From: an uncultured Oscillospiraceae bacterium
Lineage (GTDB): Bacteria > Bacillota > Clostridia > Oscillospirales > Ruminococcaceae
Direction of reading: 5' to 3'
Length of the DNA stretch: 64,000 bases
Assembly: GCA_934526065.1 (NCBI GenBank)
Contig: CAKSZX010000001.1
Span: 269,594-333,593 of the forward strand
The position numbers and the translations under genes were made by a program. The notes beneath the pieces are model-generated. The model saw only the letters and a program-made list of their open reading frames with translations, was not told the origin of the DNA and searched no databases. Positions 37,713 through 46,947 of the stretch are shown here, in pieces (position 1 is the stretch's first letter; every line of letters starts with the position of its first letter).

Positions 37713-38657
37713 TTAGAATTTTGCTATTGCCTTGCGTATATTGGCAAGGTATTCGTTTTTATCCATACTTATGCACAGGTCAACATTCGGCAGGCGTTTA
37801 AGGTGTCCTTTGTAATCAAAGACCGTCTGCCCCTGGTTTGTACTGCTTTGTGTTTCGCATATAACATAGTAGCTGTTTGTTACAAGACTTGTGTCCCGGC
37901 TTAACAGCGCCCCGGCGATTGTCGGGTCACAAAGCTCTATCTCTAAATTCTCGTCATCGGCGATGCCTTGACTGAGAGTGAATTTTTTAAAATGGTTATA
38001 GAAAGATGTGAGCAACGGCTTTAATCTCGGCGAAATTTCGCACAGAGCTTTAAAGTCGGCGTTCTTTAATTTGTTTTCGGCACAGAAACGCAGATCCGAC
38101 ATTGTAATGGGTATTCCGCTTTCCAATACCACATGGCAGGCGTGGGGATCGCCCCAAACATTAAATTCCGCATACTGTGAGTGGTTGCCGTAATCTCTGG
38201 AACCGCCCATCATGTAAATTCTCTTAACGTATTTTGGCAAATCCGGGTATTTCATAAGGGCAAGGGCAATGTTTGTAAGGGGGCCCAGGGCCACCAAGAT
38301 AAGTTCGCCTTTTTCCTCTTTGGCAATGTTGTAAATAACATCCCATGCGGCTTTCTCCTCCGGCTTTTTAACGGGGGCAGGCAGAATGTGACCGCCAAGG
38401 CCGTTGCTTCCGTGTACATCGCTTGCGCCCTTAGCCGGTACAATCATAGGCTTATTTGCTCCCTTTGCTACGGGGCAGTCAAGGTTTAACAGCTCACACA
38501 GTTTAAGTGCGTTTTCGGTTGTACCCTCCAAACCTACATTTCCGTGAGTTGTTGTGATAGCTTTGATTTCGACATTGTCTGAGCCGGCAAGGGTGATGAT
38601 GGCGATGCTGTCATCAATGCCCGGGTCGGTGTCGATTATAATCGGTGTTTTTTTCAT
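37713..38657 (-). CDS. Inosine-uridine-preferring nucleoside hydrolase family (paralog 2)
   Basis: N-terminal IIIDTDPGIDDSIAI; 314 aa; tandem with paralog 1. Confidence 0.85.
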   Translation of the reverse strand: MKKTPIIIDTDPGIDDSIAIITLAGSDNVEIKAITTTHGNVGLEGTTENALKLCELLNLDCPVAKGANKPMIVPAKGASDVHGSNGLGGHILPAPVKKPEEKAAWDVIYNIAKEEKGELILVALGPLTNIALALMKYPDLPKYVKRIYMMGGSRDYGNHSQYAEFNVWGDPHACHVVLESGIPITMSDLRFCAENKLKNADFKALCEISPRLKPLLTSFYNHFKKFTLSQGIADDENLEIELCDPTIAGALLSRDTSLVTNSYYVICETQSSTNQGQTVFDYKGHLKRLPNVDLCISMDKNEYLANIRKAIAKF

Positions 38658-38782
38658 AAAATTCCTTTCCTTTTTGTTTTATATTACAAACATTGTAACA
38701 CATAGCGGCACTTTTGTAAAAGATGTTATTTACATATTTCCGTCATTGTTTTATACTATACTTCATTGAGAGGAATGAAGTT

Positions 38783-39610
38783 ATGGTAGGGAATGTGACC
38801 CCTGTTTTGGAAAAATTGAATGATAAAGACAGGAAAACATATCTTTCCGTCTATTGCTCGCTGTGTCATGAACTGAGCCGCAGATACGGCTGTTTCGCTC
38901 GATTTCTGTTAAGTTATGACATGGTGTTTTTAGCTTTATTGGAGGACGGTTTAAACGGCCGGCTTTACATAGGCGATGAGAAAAAATGCGTTGCCGGGAT
39001 TTTGGGGAAGAAGAGAAAAATTTTTTCTTCCGCAGGGGTTAAATATGCCGCCGATGCTTCGGTTATACTGGCCTACTTTAAAATTTTGGACAATTTGAAG
39101 GACGAAAAACTTTTAGGTAAACTTAAAAATCTTTTGGTTTTGCCATACATATTTTTTAAATATCAAAAAGTTAGGAAAAATCGTCCGGCTCTTGCAAACA
39201 GCATAGAAGAACGGCAAAAAGGCCAAAGGGACGCAGAAACCCGATTTAAAAGCCTTGACGACCGGGCCTTTGCCACGGAAGAAATGACAAAGTCGCTGGT
39301 TTTAAAGGGAACTGTCTATGATGATAAAATGTCTCTCGGCCGGTTCGGCTTTTTCTTGGGCAGGTTTATTTATATTCTTGACGCAATAGAAGATTACCGG
39401 CAGGACGAGAAAAACGGTTCCTTCAATCCTTTTCTAAAAGGCCGCAACAGCCCCGGGGAGGCTCGGCGGGAGTGTTATATGGCTCTTGGGGAGGCTGTTC
39501 ACCGGCTTGACAAATTGAAATTTTTGCAAAATAAAGATATAATTTACAATATAATTTGTCTGGGATTGCCCCGGCAGATAAAACATTACGGAGAAACTGA
39601 AAATGGATAA
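38783..39610 (+). CDS. Hypothetical protein (DUF5685-like), partner of the J-domain protein
   Basis: About 275 aa from ATG 38783; Cys pair (YCSLCH); stop overlaps the J-domain protein start. Confidence 0.4.
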   Translation: MVGNVTPVLEKLNDKDRKTYLSVYCSLCHELSRRYGCFARFLLSYDMVFLALLEDGLNGRLYIGDEKKCVAGILGKKRKIFSSAGVKYAADASVILAYFKILDNLKDEKLLGKLKNLLVLPYIFFKYQKVRKNRPALANSIEERQKGQRDAETRFKSLDDRAFATEEMTKSLVLKGTVYDDKMSLGRFGFFLGRFIYILDAIEDYRQDEKNGSFNPFLKGRNSPGEARRECYMALGEAVHRLDKLKFLQNKDIIYNIICLGLPRQIKHYGETENG

Positions 39611-40256
39611 ATATTATAAAACTTTGGGGTTAAGCCCCGACCGGACGGAGCAGGAAGTCCGCCGGCAGTACAAAAAATTGGAAAAAAATTACAACCCGGA
39701 TAACTTTGCGGATCCGGGGCAAAAAAAACATGCCCGGCAGGCAATGGAAGAAATAAAGGATGCATATATAAATATACTCAATTCTTACCGGGACAGCGGG
39801 TATTCTTCTTACGCATCTTCCGGGCAATATCAACAGCAGACATTTGCCGAAAGCGAATATGCCCGGGAAAACTACGGCAAGAACACCGCCACCCGGCAGG
39901 ATAAGCAGGAATTTTACGACAGCATAAGAAACCTTATAAAGCGGGGGGAATACCCGAATGCCGTTTCAATGCTTTCGGCTTACGGGGACACGGAAAACGC
40001 CCTGTGGAACTTTCTCATGGGTACCGCAAAATATTATAACGGGCAGGTGAGCGAATCTTTGGTTTATTTTAAAAAAGCAAAGAGACTTGACCCCTATAAC
40101 GCCGAATATCGGGCTGTGGCAGACAGAATGGAGCAGTCGAGAAAGGGCAATATTCACGGCACACCTTGGGGTGAAAAAGGCAGTCGGACAACCGATGTAA
40201 ACTGCGACGGCATAGGTCCGCTTATTCGGTGCGGCATACTGTCAAGGTGCCTGTAA
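39603..40256 (+). CDS. J-domain (DnaJ-like) protein with degenerate HPD motif (NPD), TPR-like middle region and Cys-rich C-terminus
   Basis: DKYYKTLGLSPDRTEQEVRRQYKKLEKNYNPDNF aligns to the J-domain helix II/III, but His of HPD is Asn; C-terminal CDGIGPLIRCGILSRC. Confidence 0.6.
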   Translation: MDKYYKTLGLSPDRTEQEVRRQYKKLEKNYNPDNFADPGQKKHARQAMEEIKDAYINILNSYRDSGYSSYASSGQYQQQTFAESEYARENYGKNTATRQDKQEFYDSIRNLIKRGEYPNAVSMLSAYGDTENALWNFLMGTAKYYNGQVSESLVYFKKAKRLDPYNAEYRAVADRMEQSRKGNIHGTPWGEKGSRTTDVNCDGIGPLIRCGILSRCL

Positions 40257-40266
40257 GGAGTGCGCC

Positions 40267-40807
40267 GATGAAAAAAACAAACGCAATGAAGATTGCTTTT
40301 TGCGGTATAACCGCCGGCTTGTGCACCGCTGTTATGCTTATGGGGTACTTGTTCCCTTTTGCAACATATGTATGCCCGGCAATGGCTGCCCTGTTGCTTT
40401 TTCCCATAGCTTATGAGTATGGAGCAAAAACATCTTTTACGGTGTATTTAGCTGTGAGTTTTTTATCCTTTTTCCTTGTGCCGGATTATGAACTTGTGTT
40501 TATGTTCGTTATGGTCTTTGGTCTGTTTACGGTTATAAAACTGCCCATGGACAGAAAGTTCAAGAAAAAGACGAATTATCTTCTTAAATTCATATATGTA
40601 AACGGCACTTTATTTTTAAGCTACTTTATTTTGCTTGTGATTTTCCCCGTGCAGGCTCTTTTGAGCGAATTTGCCGAGTACAGCGTCGGTTTTGGCGCCT
40701 TGCTTGTTGTGATGTTTGACATAACTTTTTTTCTGTACGACAAAGCCATAGAAAAAATGCTTGTGATTTACATTTACAAATTACGACCGAAACTTATTAA
40801 AAAATAA
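40267..40807 (+). CDS. Hypothetical polytopic membrane protein
   Basis: About 180 aa with 5 hydrophobic helices; downstream of the J-domain gene. Confidence 0.45.
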
Positions 40808-40861
40808 AATAATAAAACAAAAATCACCTTGTAAAAATATAATATTACGAGGTGATTTTTT

Positions 40862-41404
40862 ATGGGTTTTAAACAATCGAAAACATTTATGAATTTACAA
40901 ACCGTCTTTGGGGCAGAGTGCAAAAGCTTTGCCAAATACTCTATGTATGCCGCCAAAGCAAAAGAGGACGGCTTTGAGCAGATAGGGGAAATATTTGCCC
41001 AAACCGCAGGCAACGAACTTGAACATGCCAAAATACGGTTTAAACTGATAAACGAAGCCGATGATTTACCTTATACATCGGACAATTTAAAAGAGGCGGA
41101 AATCTGCGAAAATTACGAAAATCGGGTTATGTACAAACACTTTGCCGCTGTGGCAAAAGAGGAAGGTTACCGCAAAATAGCCGATCTGCTTGAAAAAATA
41201 GGGCGGACAGAGGCCGCCCACGAAAGACGCTTTGCCGCCCTTGCGTTGAATATGGACACGGCAAAAGTATTTTACAAAGATGATAAAAAGATTTGGGTGT
41301 GCCGCAACTGCGGATATGAAACCTATGATTGGCAGAGCAGGGAAAAATGCCCGGTGTGCGGGGCAGATCAAGGATTTTCTCAAATAAAGCCGGAAAATTA
41401 TTGA
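40862..41404 (+). CDS. rbr: Rubrerythrin
   Basis: Ferritin-like diiron ExxH motifs (ELEHAKIRF, EAAHERRF) plus C-terminal rubredoxin-like CRNCGY...CPVCG. Confidence 0.85.
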   Translation: MGFKQSKTFMNLQTVFGAECKSFAKYSMYAAKAKEDGFEQIGEIFAQTAGNELEHAKIRFKLINEADDLPYTSDNLKEAEICENYENRVMYKHFAAVAKEEGYRKIADLLEKIGRTEAAHERRFAALALNMDTAKVFYKDDKKIWVCRNCGYETYDWQSREKCPVCGADQGFSQIKPENY

Positions 41405-41488
41405 ACATAACAAAAGAATATTTTAATTTTGCCGATACATAATAACTTCGGAACACAATCCGCAAATAAAACAGATAAGGAGTTTGTT

Positions 41489-41674
41489 GTGAAAGCATTT
41501 ATAAACGAAGATTTGTGTATCGGTTGCAGTTTGTGCCGGTCGATTTGCCCGGCAATTTTTGTTATGGAGAATGAAAAGGCCAAAGTGCGAATGTGGGATA
41601 TAGAACCTATTTATCAAGATGATGTTGAAAACGCACGGCAGTCATGCCCCTCCGGCGCAATTATAACCGAGTAA
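41489..41674 (+). CDS. Small ferredoxin (single [4Fe-4S]/[3Fe-4S]-type, CxxCxxC...CP)
   Basis: GTG start with AAGGAG RBS; CIGCSLCRSICP motif; about 61 aa. Confidence 0.6.
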   Translation: MKAFINEDLCIGCSLCRSICPAIFVMENEKAKVRMWDIEPIYQDDVENARQSCPSGAIITE

Positions 41675-41705
41675 AAGAAAAAGCCACGGCAAATGCCGTG
41701 GCTTT

Positions 41706-41781
41706 TGGCTGGGGTACTAGGATTCGAACCTAGGGAATGCCAGAGTCAGAGTCTGGTGCCTTACCGCTTGGCGATACCCCA
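41706..41781 (-). tRNA. tRNA-Gln (anticodon CTG), 76 nt with encoded CCA
   Basis: Reverse complement TGGGGTATCGCCAAGCGGTAAGGCACCAGACTCTGACTCTGGCATTCCCTAGGTTCGAATCCTAGTACCCCAGCCA gives a cloverleaf with anticodon loop CTCTGAC. Confidence 0.8.
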
Positions 41782-41950
41782 ATGTTTAACGCCTAAATAT
41801 GATAACACAGAAATCGAATTTTGTAAAGCATTTTTTTACAAAATTTTGCAGCTGGGCAAAACGAAGACAATCGGCAGCCAAAATTTTGAAAAAAATTATT
41901 TTGCAGAAAAGGAAAGATAAAAACAAAGCCACGGCAAGTGCCGTGGCTTT

Positions 41951-42026
41951 TGGCTGGGGTACTAGGATTCGAACCTAGGGAATGCCAGAGTCAGAGTCTG
42001 GTGCCTTACCGCTTGGCGATACCCCA
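41951..42026 (-). tRNA. tRNA-Gln (anticodon CTG), second identical copy
   Basis: Identical 76-nt sequence 245 bp downstream; preceded by the same GCCACGGCA-(a/g)-TGCCGTGGC hairpin. Confidence 0.8.
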
Positions 42027-42096
42027 ATGCTTAACGCTCAAACATAATAACACACAATCGTGGATTTGTAAAGCACTTTTTTGATTTTTTGAAAAA

Positions 42097-42447
42097 TTAT
42101 TTCAATTTTTCTGCCCACTCCTTTTCTTTAAAGCCGATAAGCACAAAATCATCACCTACTAAAATCGGCCTTTTCACAAGCATACCGTCACTTGCAAGTA
42201 ATCGCAATTTCTCCTTATCGGTCATATTCGGCAATTTGTCTTTAAGCCCCATATTCTTGTATATCAATCCGCTTGTGTTGAAAAACTTTTTGATTTCAAG
42301 TCCGCCTTTTGCCTGCCAAAGTTTAATTTCTTCTTCGGTTGGATTTTCTTCTTTGATGTGGCGACCGGTGTATTCGATACCGGCGTCGTCAAGAAATTTT
42401 TTTGCTTTCAGGCAGGTGGAGCACTTAGGATAGTACACAAACAACAT
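42097..42447 (-). CDS. ArsC/Spx-family thioredoxin-fold protein (CxxC)
   Basis: 116 aa; N-terminal YYPKCSTCLKAKKFLD pattern of the ArsC/Spx/YffB family. Confidence 0.65.
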   Translation of the reverse strand: MLFVYYPKCSTCLKAKKFLDDAGIEYTGRHIKEENPTEEEIKLWQAKGGLEIKKFFNTSGLIYKNMGLKDKLPNMTDKEKLRLLASDGMLVKRPILVGDDFVLIGFKEKEWAEKLK

Positions 42448-42689
42448 AAAATTATACCTCGTTTCTTTTTCTTATTCAGCCACATAATACCACGGAAAAA
42501 GCGTATAGGAAACAACAATTTTTATCAAACGCCAAAAAATCGACATTTTTCTTCTGTTTAAGCCGAAAAAATCACAATTTACTTATTGCAATTATTTTTA
42601 AAAGCAGTTATAATAATTAACAAAAGTGGGTAAAAGTGTCCAATAGTGGTTAAAAACCATAAATTCGGTGAGAAAGGGGTTGTTCATAT

Positions 42690-43109
42690 ATGCTGATGGG
42701 CAGATACGAATATTCCCTTGACGCTAAAAGCAGAGTGAACTTTCCGCCGAAATTCCGTGCCGAAATGGGGGACAACCTGTATGTAACCAAATGGTTTGAC
42801 GGCTGTCTTGTGGTTTACGGTGAACGGCGGTGGCAGAGTTTAGACGAAAAATTTGCCCGGTTGCCGGTTACAAAATCCCGTGATTTGCGCCGTATCATAT
42901 ACGGCAACGCCACCGAGGTACAGCCGGACAAGCAGGGCAGAATCCTGTTGCCGCGGTATCTCAAAGACCACGCAAAAATCCAAAAGGATATTGTCGTCAT
43001 AGGGGCAAGGGATTACGCCGAAATTTGGGACAGACAAGCCTACGAAGAATATGAAAAAACAAACGATTTTTCCTCAATAGAGGGAAAACTTGACGATATG
43101 GAGTTTTAA
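42690..43109 (+). CDS. mraZ: Transcriptional regulator MraZ
   Basis: 139 aa; duplicated SpoVT/AbrB-like halves (LDAKSRVNFP..., DKQGRILLP); first gene of the dcw cluster. Confidence 0.85.
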   Translation: MLMGRYEYSLDAKSRVNFPPKFRAEMGDNLYVTKWFDGCLVVYGERRWQSLDEKFARLPVTKSRDLRRIIYGNATEVQPDKQGRILLPRYLKDHAKIQKDIVVIGARDYAEIWDRQAYEEYEKTNDFSSIEGKLDDMEF

Positions 43110-43112
43110 ATT

Positions 43113-44039
43113 ATGACCGAATTCAGCCACAAATCAATAATGCTGAACCAATGTATAGAGGGCTTAAATATAAAGCCCGACGGTATATATGTTGACGGCA
43201 CCTGCGGCGGACGGGGACATTCAAAGGAAATTGCCAAAAGGCTTACCACCGGCAGGCTTTACGGCTTTGACCAAGACCCCGATGCGGTTGCTGTGGCAAC
43301 CGAAAGGCTGCGGGGGTTGCCCGCCACGGTTATACATGAAAACTTCCGCAACGCAAAGGCCGCCTTGCACAAATTGGGTGTTGAAAAAATAGACGGCGTG
43401 TTGCTTGACCTTGGGGTTTCCAGTTACCAGCTCGATGCGGCGGAAAGAGGGTTTTCTTACAACAACGACGCATATCTTGATATGCGTATGAGCAAAGAGG
43501 GACCCTCGGCGGCGGATTTGGTAAATACCTTGCCGTTGCAGGATTTGACCGATGTTTTGAGAAACTACGGCGAGGAAAAGTTCGCCTACCAAATAGCAAA
43601 AAAAATTGTGGCTCGCCGCCGGGATGAGGCAATAACCACAACAAAACAGCTTTCCGACATTGTAAACAGCGCCTATCCTGCGGCGGAGAGAAGAAAGGCC
43701 AAAAACCCGTCCCGCAAAACTTTCCAGGCTTTGCGCATTGAAGTAAACGATGAACTGGGTGCTTTGGAGGACGCTTTGGACGAATTTTTTGAAATGCTTA
43801 ACCCCGGGGGAAGAATGTGCATTATGACATTCCATTCACTTGAAGACCGCATGGTTAAGCAGTATTACAAAAAGCTTGCGGTAAAATGTACTTGTCCGCC
43901 GGAATATCCCATATGCGTTTGCGGCGGCAAGGCAAAAGCGGAGATTATAACCCGCAAACCGATAGAGGCCGATCGGCGGGAACAGGAAGAAAACAGGCGT
44001 TCCCGTTCGGCAAAACTGAGAATACTTGAAAAACTTTAA
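43113..44039 (+). CDS. rsmH: 16S rRNA (cytosine1402-N4)-methyltransferase RsmH (MraW)
   Basis: HKSIMLNQCIEGL, GIYVDGTCGGRGHS and DLGVSSYQLD motifs. Confidence 0.9.
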   Translation: MTEFSHKSIMLNQCIEGLNIKPDGIYVDGTCGGRGHSKEIAKRLTTGRLYGFDQDPDAVAVATERLRGLPATVIHENFRNAKAALHKLGVEKIDGVLLDLGVSSYQLDAAERGFSYNNDAYLDMRMSKEGPSAADLVNTLPLQDLTDVLRNYGEEKFAYQIAKKIVARRRDEAITTTKQLSDIVNSAYPAAERRKAKNPSRKTFQALRIEVNDELGALEDALDEFFEMLNPGGRMCIMTFHSLEDRMVKQYYKKLAVKCTCPPEYPICVCGGKAKAEIITRKPIEADRREQEENRRSRSAKLRILEKL

Positions 44040-44077
44040 GTTTCTATGAATATAACATACAGAGAGGGAGAAAAAAG

Positions 44078-44551
44078 ATGGTAAATCAAAACACGGCTTA
44101 TGACCTGTCTTTTTACGAGGCAGAAGAGGAAAGACAAATTGCCCGTAAGCAGACAAAAGAGAGCCGTTTGATAAAGGCCGAAAGGCGTTATTCCATAACC
44201 AAGAAAATAGCCGATATAGTAAGCGTTGCGCTTGTGGCAGGGCTTTTGATAGCTGTGATTGCCACCAATGCCGCAATTACCGACACAACGGTTAAAATCG
44301 CCACTGCAAGAGAGGATATAGTTCAACTTGAAAGCCAACGGGATTATTTAAACTTTACCCTTGAAAGCAGAATGACCCTTGACGAAATTGAAAGTTACGC
44401 CGTGAACAACCTGGGAATGGTAAAAATGGACTCCTCCCAAAAGAAGTATGTGGAACTTGAAGATCAAAATGTGATTGTAAAATACGATACAACGGTATCA
44501 TCTAAGATAAACAAGGCTATTCAGCCGGTTTTGTCATATTTTATGCCGTGA
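44078..44551 (+). CDS. ftsL: FtsL-like cell-division protein (bitopic, coiled coil)
   Basis: 157 aa; single TM (VALVAGLLIAVIATNAAI); position between rsmH and the PBP gene. Confidence 0.55.
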   Translation: MVNQNTAYDLSFYEAEEERQIARKQTKESRLIKAERRYSITKKIADIVSVALVAGLLIAVIATNAAITDTTVKIATAREDIVQLESQRDYLNFTLESRMTLDEIESYAVNNLGMVKMDSSQKKYVELEDQNVIVKYDTTVSSKINKAIQPVLSYFMP

Positions 44552-44654
44552 TAAAATAATATTTATTGTAAATTAGGCGGAGAGTAAAGAAAATTTTGTA
44601 TTCTGTACCCTTCGCCTAAAATCGCAAATTAAAAGCATCTGAGAGATTTAAGAA

Positions 44655-46934
44655 ATGAGCAAAAGAATAAAAGGACAGACAAATGTAACAAAAAAGCTGA
44701 TCGGGCGCTCAAATTTTCTGCTTGTATGCATGGTTATGTTGTTTGTGTTGGTTTCAGTCAACTTATTCAGAATACAAATACTCAATTACGAAAAGTACAA
44801 GGCGGAGGCAACTCAGGTACAGTTGAGAGAGACACAGCTCTCGGCTAAAAGAGGTACCGTTTACGATTCAAATATGAAAGTTCTCGCTCAAAGCGTTACG
44901 GTTTGGACTATTTTTGTTTCGCCGAAAGAACTTGACGTGAACTTCCCGGAAGAGCAAATCGCCGGCCTTACAAAAGAGCAAATTCAGGAGAAATCCAGAG
45001 AATTGGTTGCCGACGGGCTTTCGCAAATTTTGGAGGTTGATAAGGATTCCGTACTTGAAAAACTTAAAAAAACCGACAGCTATTATCAGGTCATAAGGCA
45101 AAAGGTAGATAAACCCTTGGCGGATCGGGTATCACGGTTCTGCCAAGAAAATGATATAGACGGTGTAAATATAGCGGAGGATCACAAGAGATATTACCCT
45201 TACGGCAACTTTGCATCAACGGTCTTGGGATTTTGCGGTTCCGACAATCAGGGCTTGTCCGGTTTGGAAAGCTATTATGATGAGGAACTCACCGGCACGG
45301 TGGGCAGGGTTATCTCTGCCAAAAACGGATTGGGCTACGATATGGGCACCGATTACGAAGTTTTGGCGGAGGCAAAAGACGGTTACAGTCTTGTGACCAC
45401 CATTGACGAAACTATCCAGCACTACCTTGAAAACCGGTTGCGGACGGGTATAGAAGAAAACGCCGTTTTAAACGGTGCTTGCGGCATTGTAATGAATGTG
45501 AAAACCGGGGCAATTTTGGCCTTGGCAAGTTATCCGAACTACGACCCTAATGACCCGTATACCCTTGTTAACACCGATTTGTACAACAGTATAACGGCCA
45601 TCGAAAACCCGGAAGAACAAAATGCCCGGATGAGCGAGGCAAGGCAAAAACAATGGCGCAACAAGGCGGTAAACGATTTGTATGAACCGGGTTCGGTTTT
45701 CAAAATAGTAACCGCCGCCGGCGCTTTGGATTCCGGCGCAGCCTCTCTTACATCAACCTATGTTTGCCGTGGTGCCGTTACGGTTGAGGACAGGGTTATG
45801 CGCTGTGCCCAAACAAGCGGCCACGGCACGGAAACATTTGCCCAGGCGCTTATGAATTCCTGTAACCCGGCTTTTATAGCTATAGGTACGGCAATGGGCA
45901 AAGATGTTTTTTACGATTATTTCTACTCTTTCGGTCTTGCGGAAAAAACGGGAATAGACCTGCCCGGCGAGACTAACAGTATTTATTACACTGCCGAAAC
46001 ACATACGCCGGTTACTCTGGCAAGTTCGGCTTTCGGTCAGTCAAACAAGATAACACCTATACAGATGATTACAGCCGTTGCAACTGCTGTAAACGGCGGC
46101 AATTTGGTTACGCCCCATGTGGTTGAGAAACTTTTGGATTCCGATGGCAACGTGGTAAAAGATTTAACCCCGGCAATACGCCGTCAGGTTATAAGTGAAA
46201 GCGTAAGTAAAACAATATGCAGTATTTTGCAGGATAATGTAAATACAGCCGCCGGTCACGGTAAAAGCGCCTATGTGGCAGGGTACAGAGTTGGCGGCAA
46301 AAGCGGTACTTCACAAAAACTTGACAACGCCAACGGTTCCGACAGCGAATATATAGCTTCCTTTGTGGGCTTTGCGCCGGCAGATGACCCGGAAATCGCA
46401 ATTCTGATAATGCTTGACACGCCAACCGGTCAAAACGGTTACTACGGCGGTTACACGGCAGGCCCTATTGTAGGTAAACTCATGGGTCAGGTACTGCCAT
46501 ACTTAGGGGTGGAGCCGGTTTACTCGGCAGGCGAACAGGCCACCATAACCGTAAGATCGGTAACGGGAGAATCGGTTTCTCAGGCAACCGAAACTTTGCA
46601 AAGAGCAGGCTTTACGGTAAAAACCGTAGGCAGCGGCTCAAGCGTTGTTTCACAGTTCCCGGTTTACGGAACAAAAATGTCCACAGGCAGCACGGTGATT
46701 CTCTACACCGAACAAGGGGAGACAACTATGGTTCCGGTGCCGGATTTGTCCGGCAAGTCGGCACAAAACGCAAGAAGCACCCTCACATCTTCGGGGCTTA
46801 ATATTGAGGAAACCGGCGCTTACGCCGGCTCAGGCAGCGTTGTGGTAAAATCCCAGTCGCCTCGGGCAGGGGACAAAGTGCCGTTGGGTACCACTGTAAC
46901 GGTAACTTATGTAGACAACAGTACATTTGAATAA
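44655..46934 (+). CDS. Class B penicillin-binding protein (FtsI/PBP2B/SpoVD family) with two C-terminal PASTA domains
   Basis: 759 aa; transpeptidase motifs SVFK (STFK), SCN (SxN) and KSGT; two PASTA repeats at the C-terminus. Confidence 0.85.
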   Translation: MSKRIKGQTNVTKKLIGRSNFLLVCMVMLFVLVSVNLFRIQILNYEKYKAEATQVQLRETQLSAKRGTVYDSNMKVLAQSVTVWTIFVSPKELDVNFPEEQIAGLTKEQIQEKSRELVADGLSQILEVDKDSVLEKLKKTDSYYQVIRQKVDKPLADRVSRFCQENDIDGVNIAEDHKRYYPYGNFASTVLGFCGSDNQGLSGLESYYDEELTGTVGRVISAKNGLGYDMGTDYEVLAEAKDGYSLVTTIDETIQHYLENRLRTGIEENAVLNGACGIVMNVKTGAILALASYPNYDPNDPYTLVNTDLYNSITAIENPEEQNARMSEARQKQWRNKAVNDLYEPGSVFKIVTAAGALDSGAASLTSTYVCRGAVTVEDRVMRCAQTSGHGTETFAQALMNSCNPAFIAIGTAMGKDVFYDYFYSFGLAEKTGIDLPGETNSIYYTAETHTPVTLASSAFGQSNKITPIQMITAVATAVNGGNLVTPHVVEKLLDSDGNVVKDLTPAIRRQVISESVSKTICSILQDNVNTAAGHGKSAYVAGYRVGGKSGTSQKLDNANGSDSEYIASFVGFAPADDPEIAILIMLDTPTGQNGYYGGYTAGPIVGKLMGQVLPYLGVEPVYSAGEQATITVRSVTGESVSQATETLQRAGFTVKTVGSGSSVVSQFPVYGTKMSTGSTVILYTEQGETTMVPVPDLSGKSAQNARSTLTSSGLNIEETGAYAGSGSVVVKSQSPRAGDKVPLGTTVTVTYVDNSTFE

Positions 46935-46947
46935 ACGGAGGTAAACA

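Noticed and set aside
35394-38657. rmuC plus two tandem nucleoside hydrolases considered as a possible nucleotide-targeting defence island
   Set aside because: RmuC here is the standard full-length housekeeping architecture. The hydrolases are canonical IU-NH enzymes with intact Ca-binding DxDxxxDD motifs. There are no associated ATPase, sensor or abortive-infection domains and no compositional anomaly.
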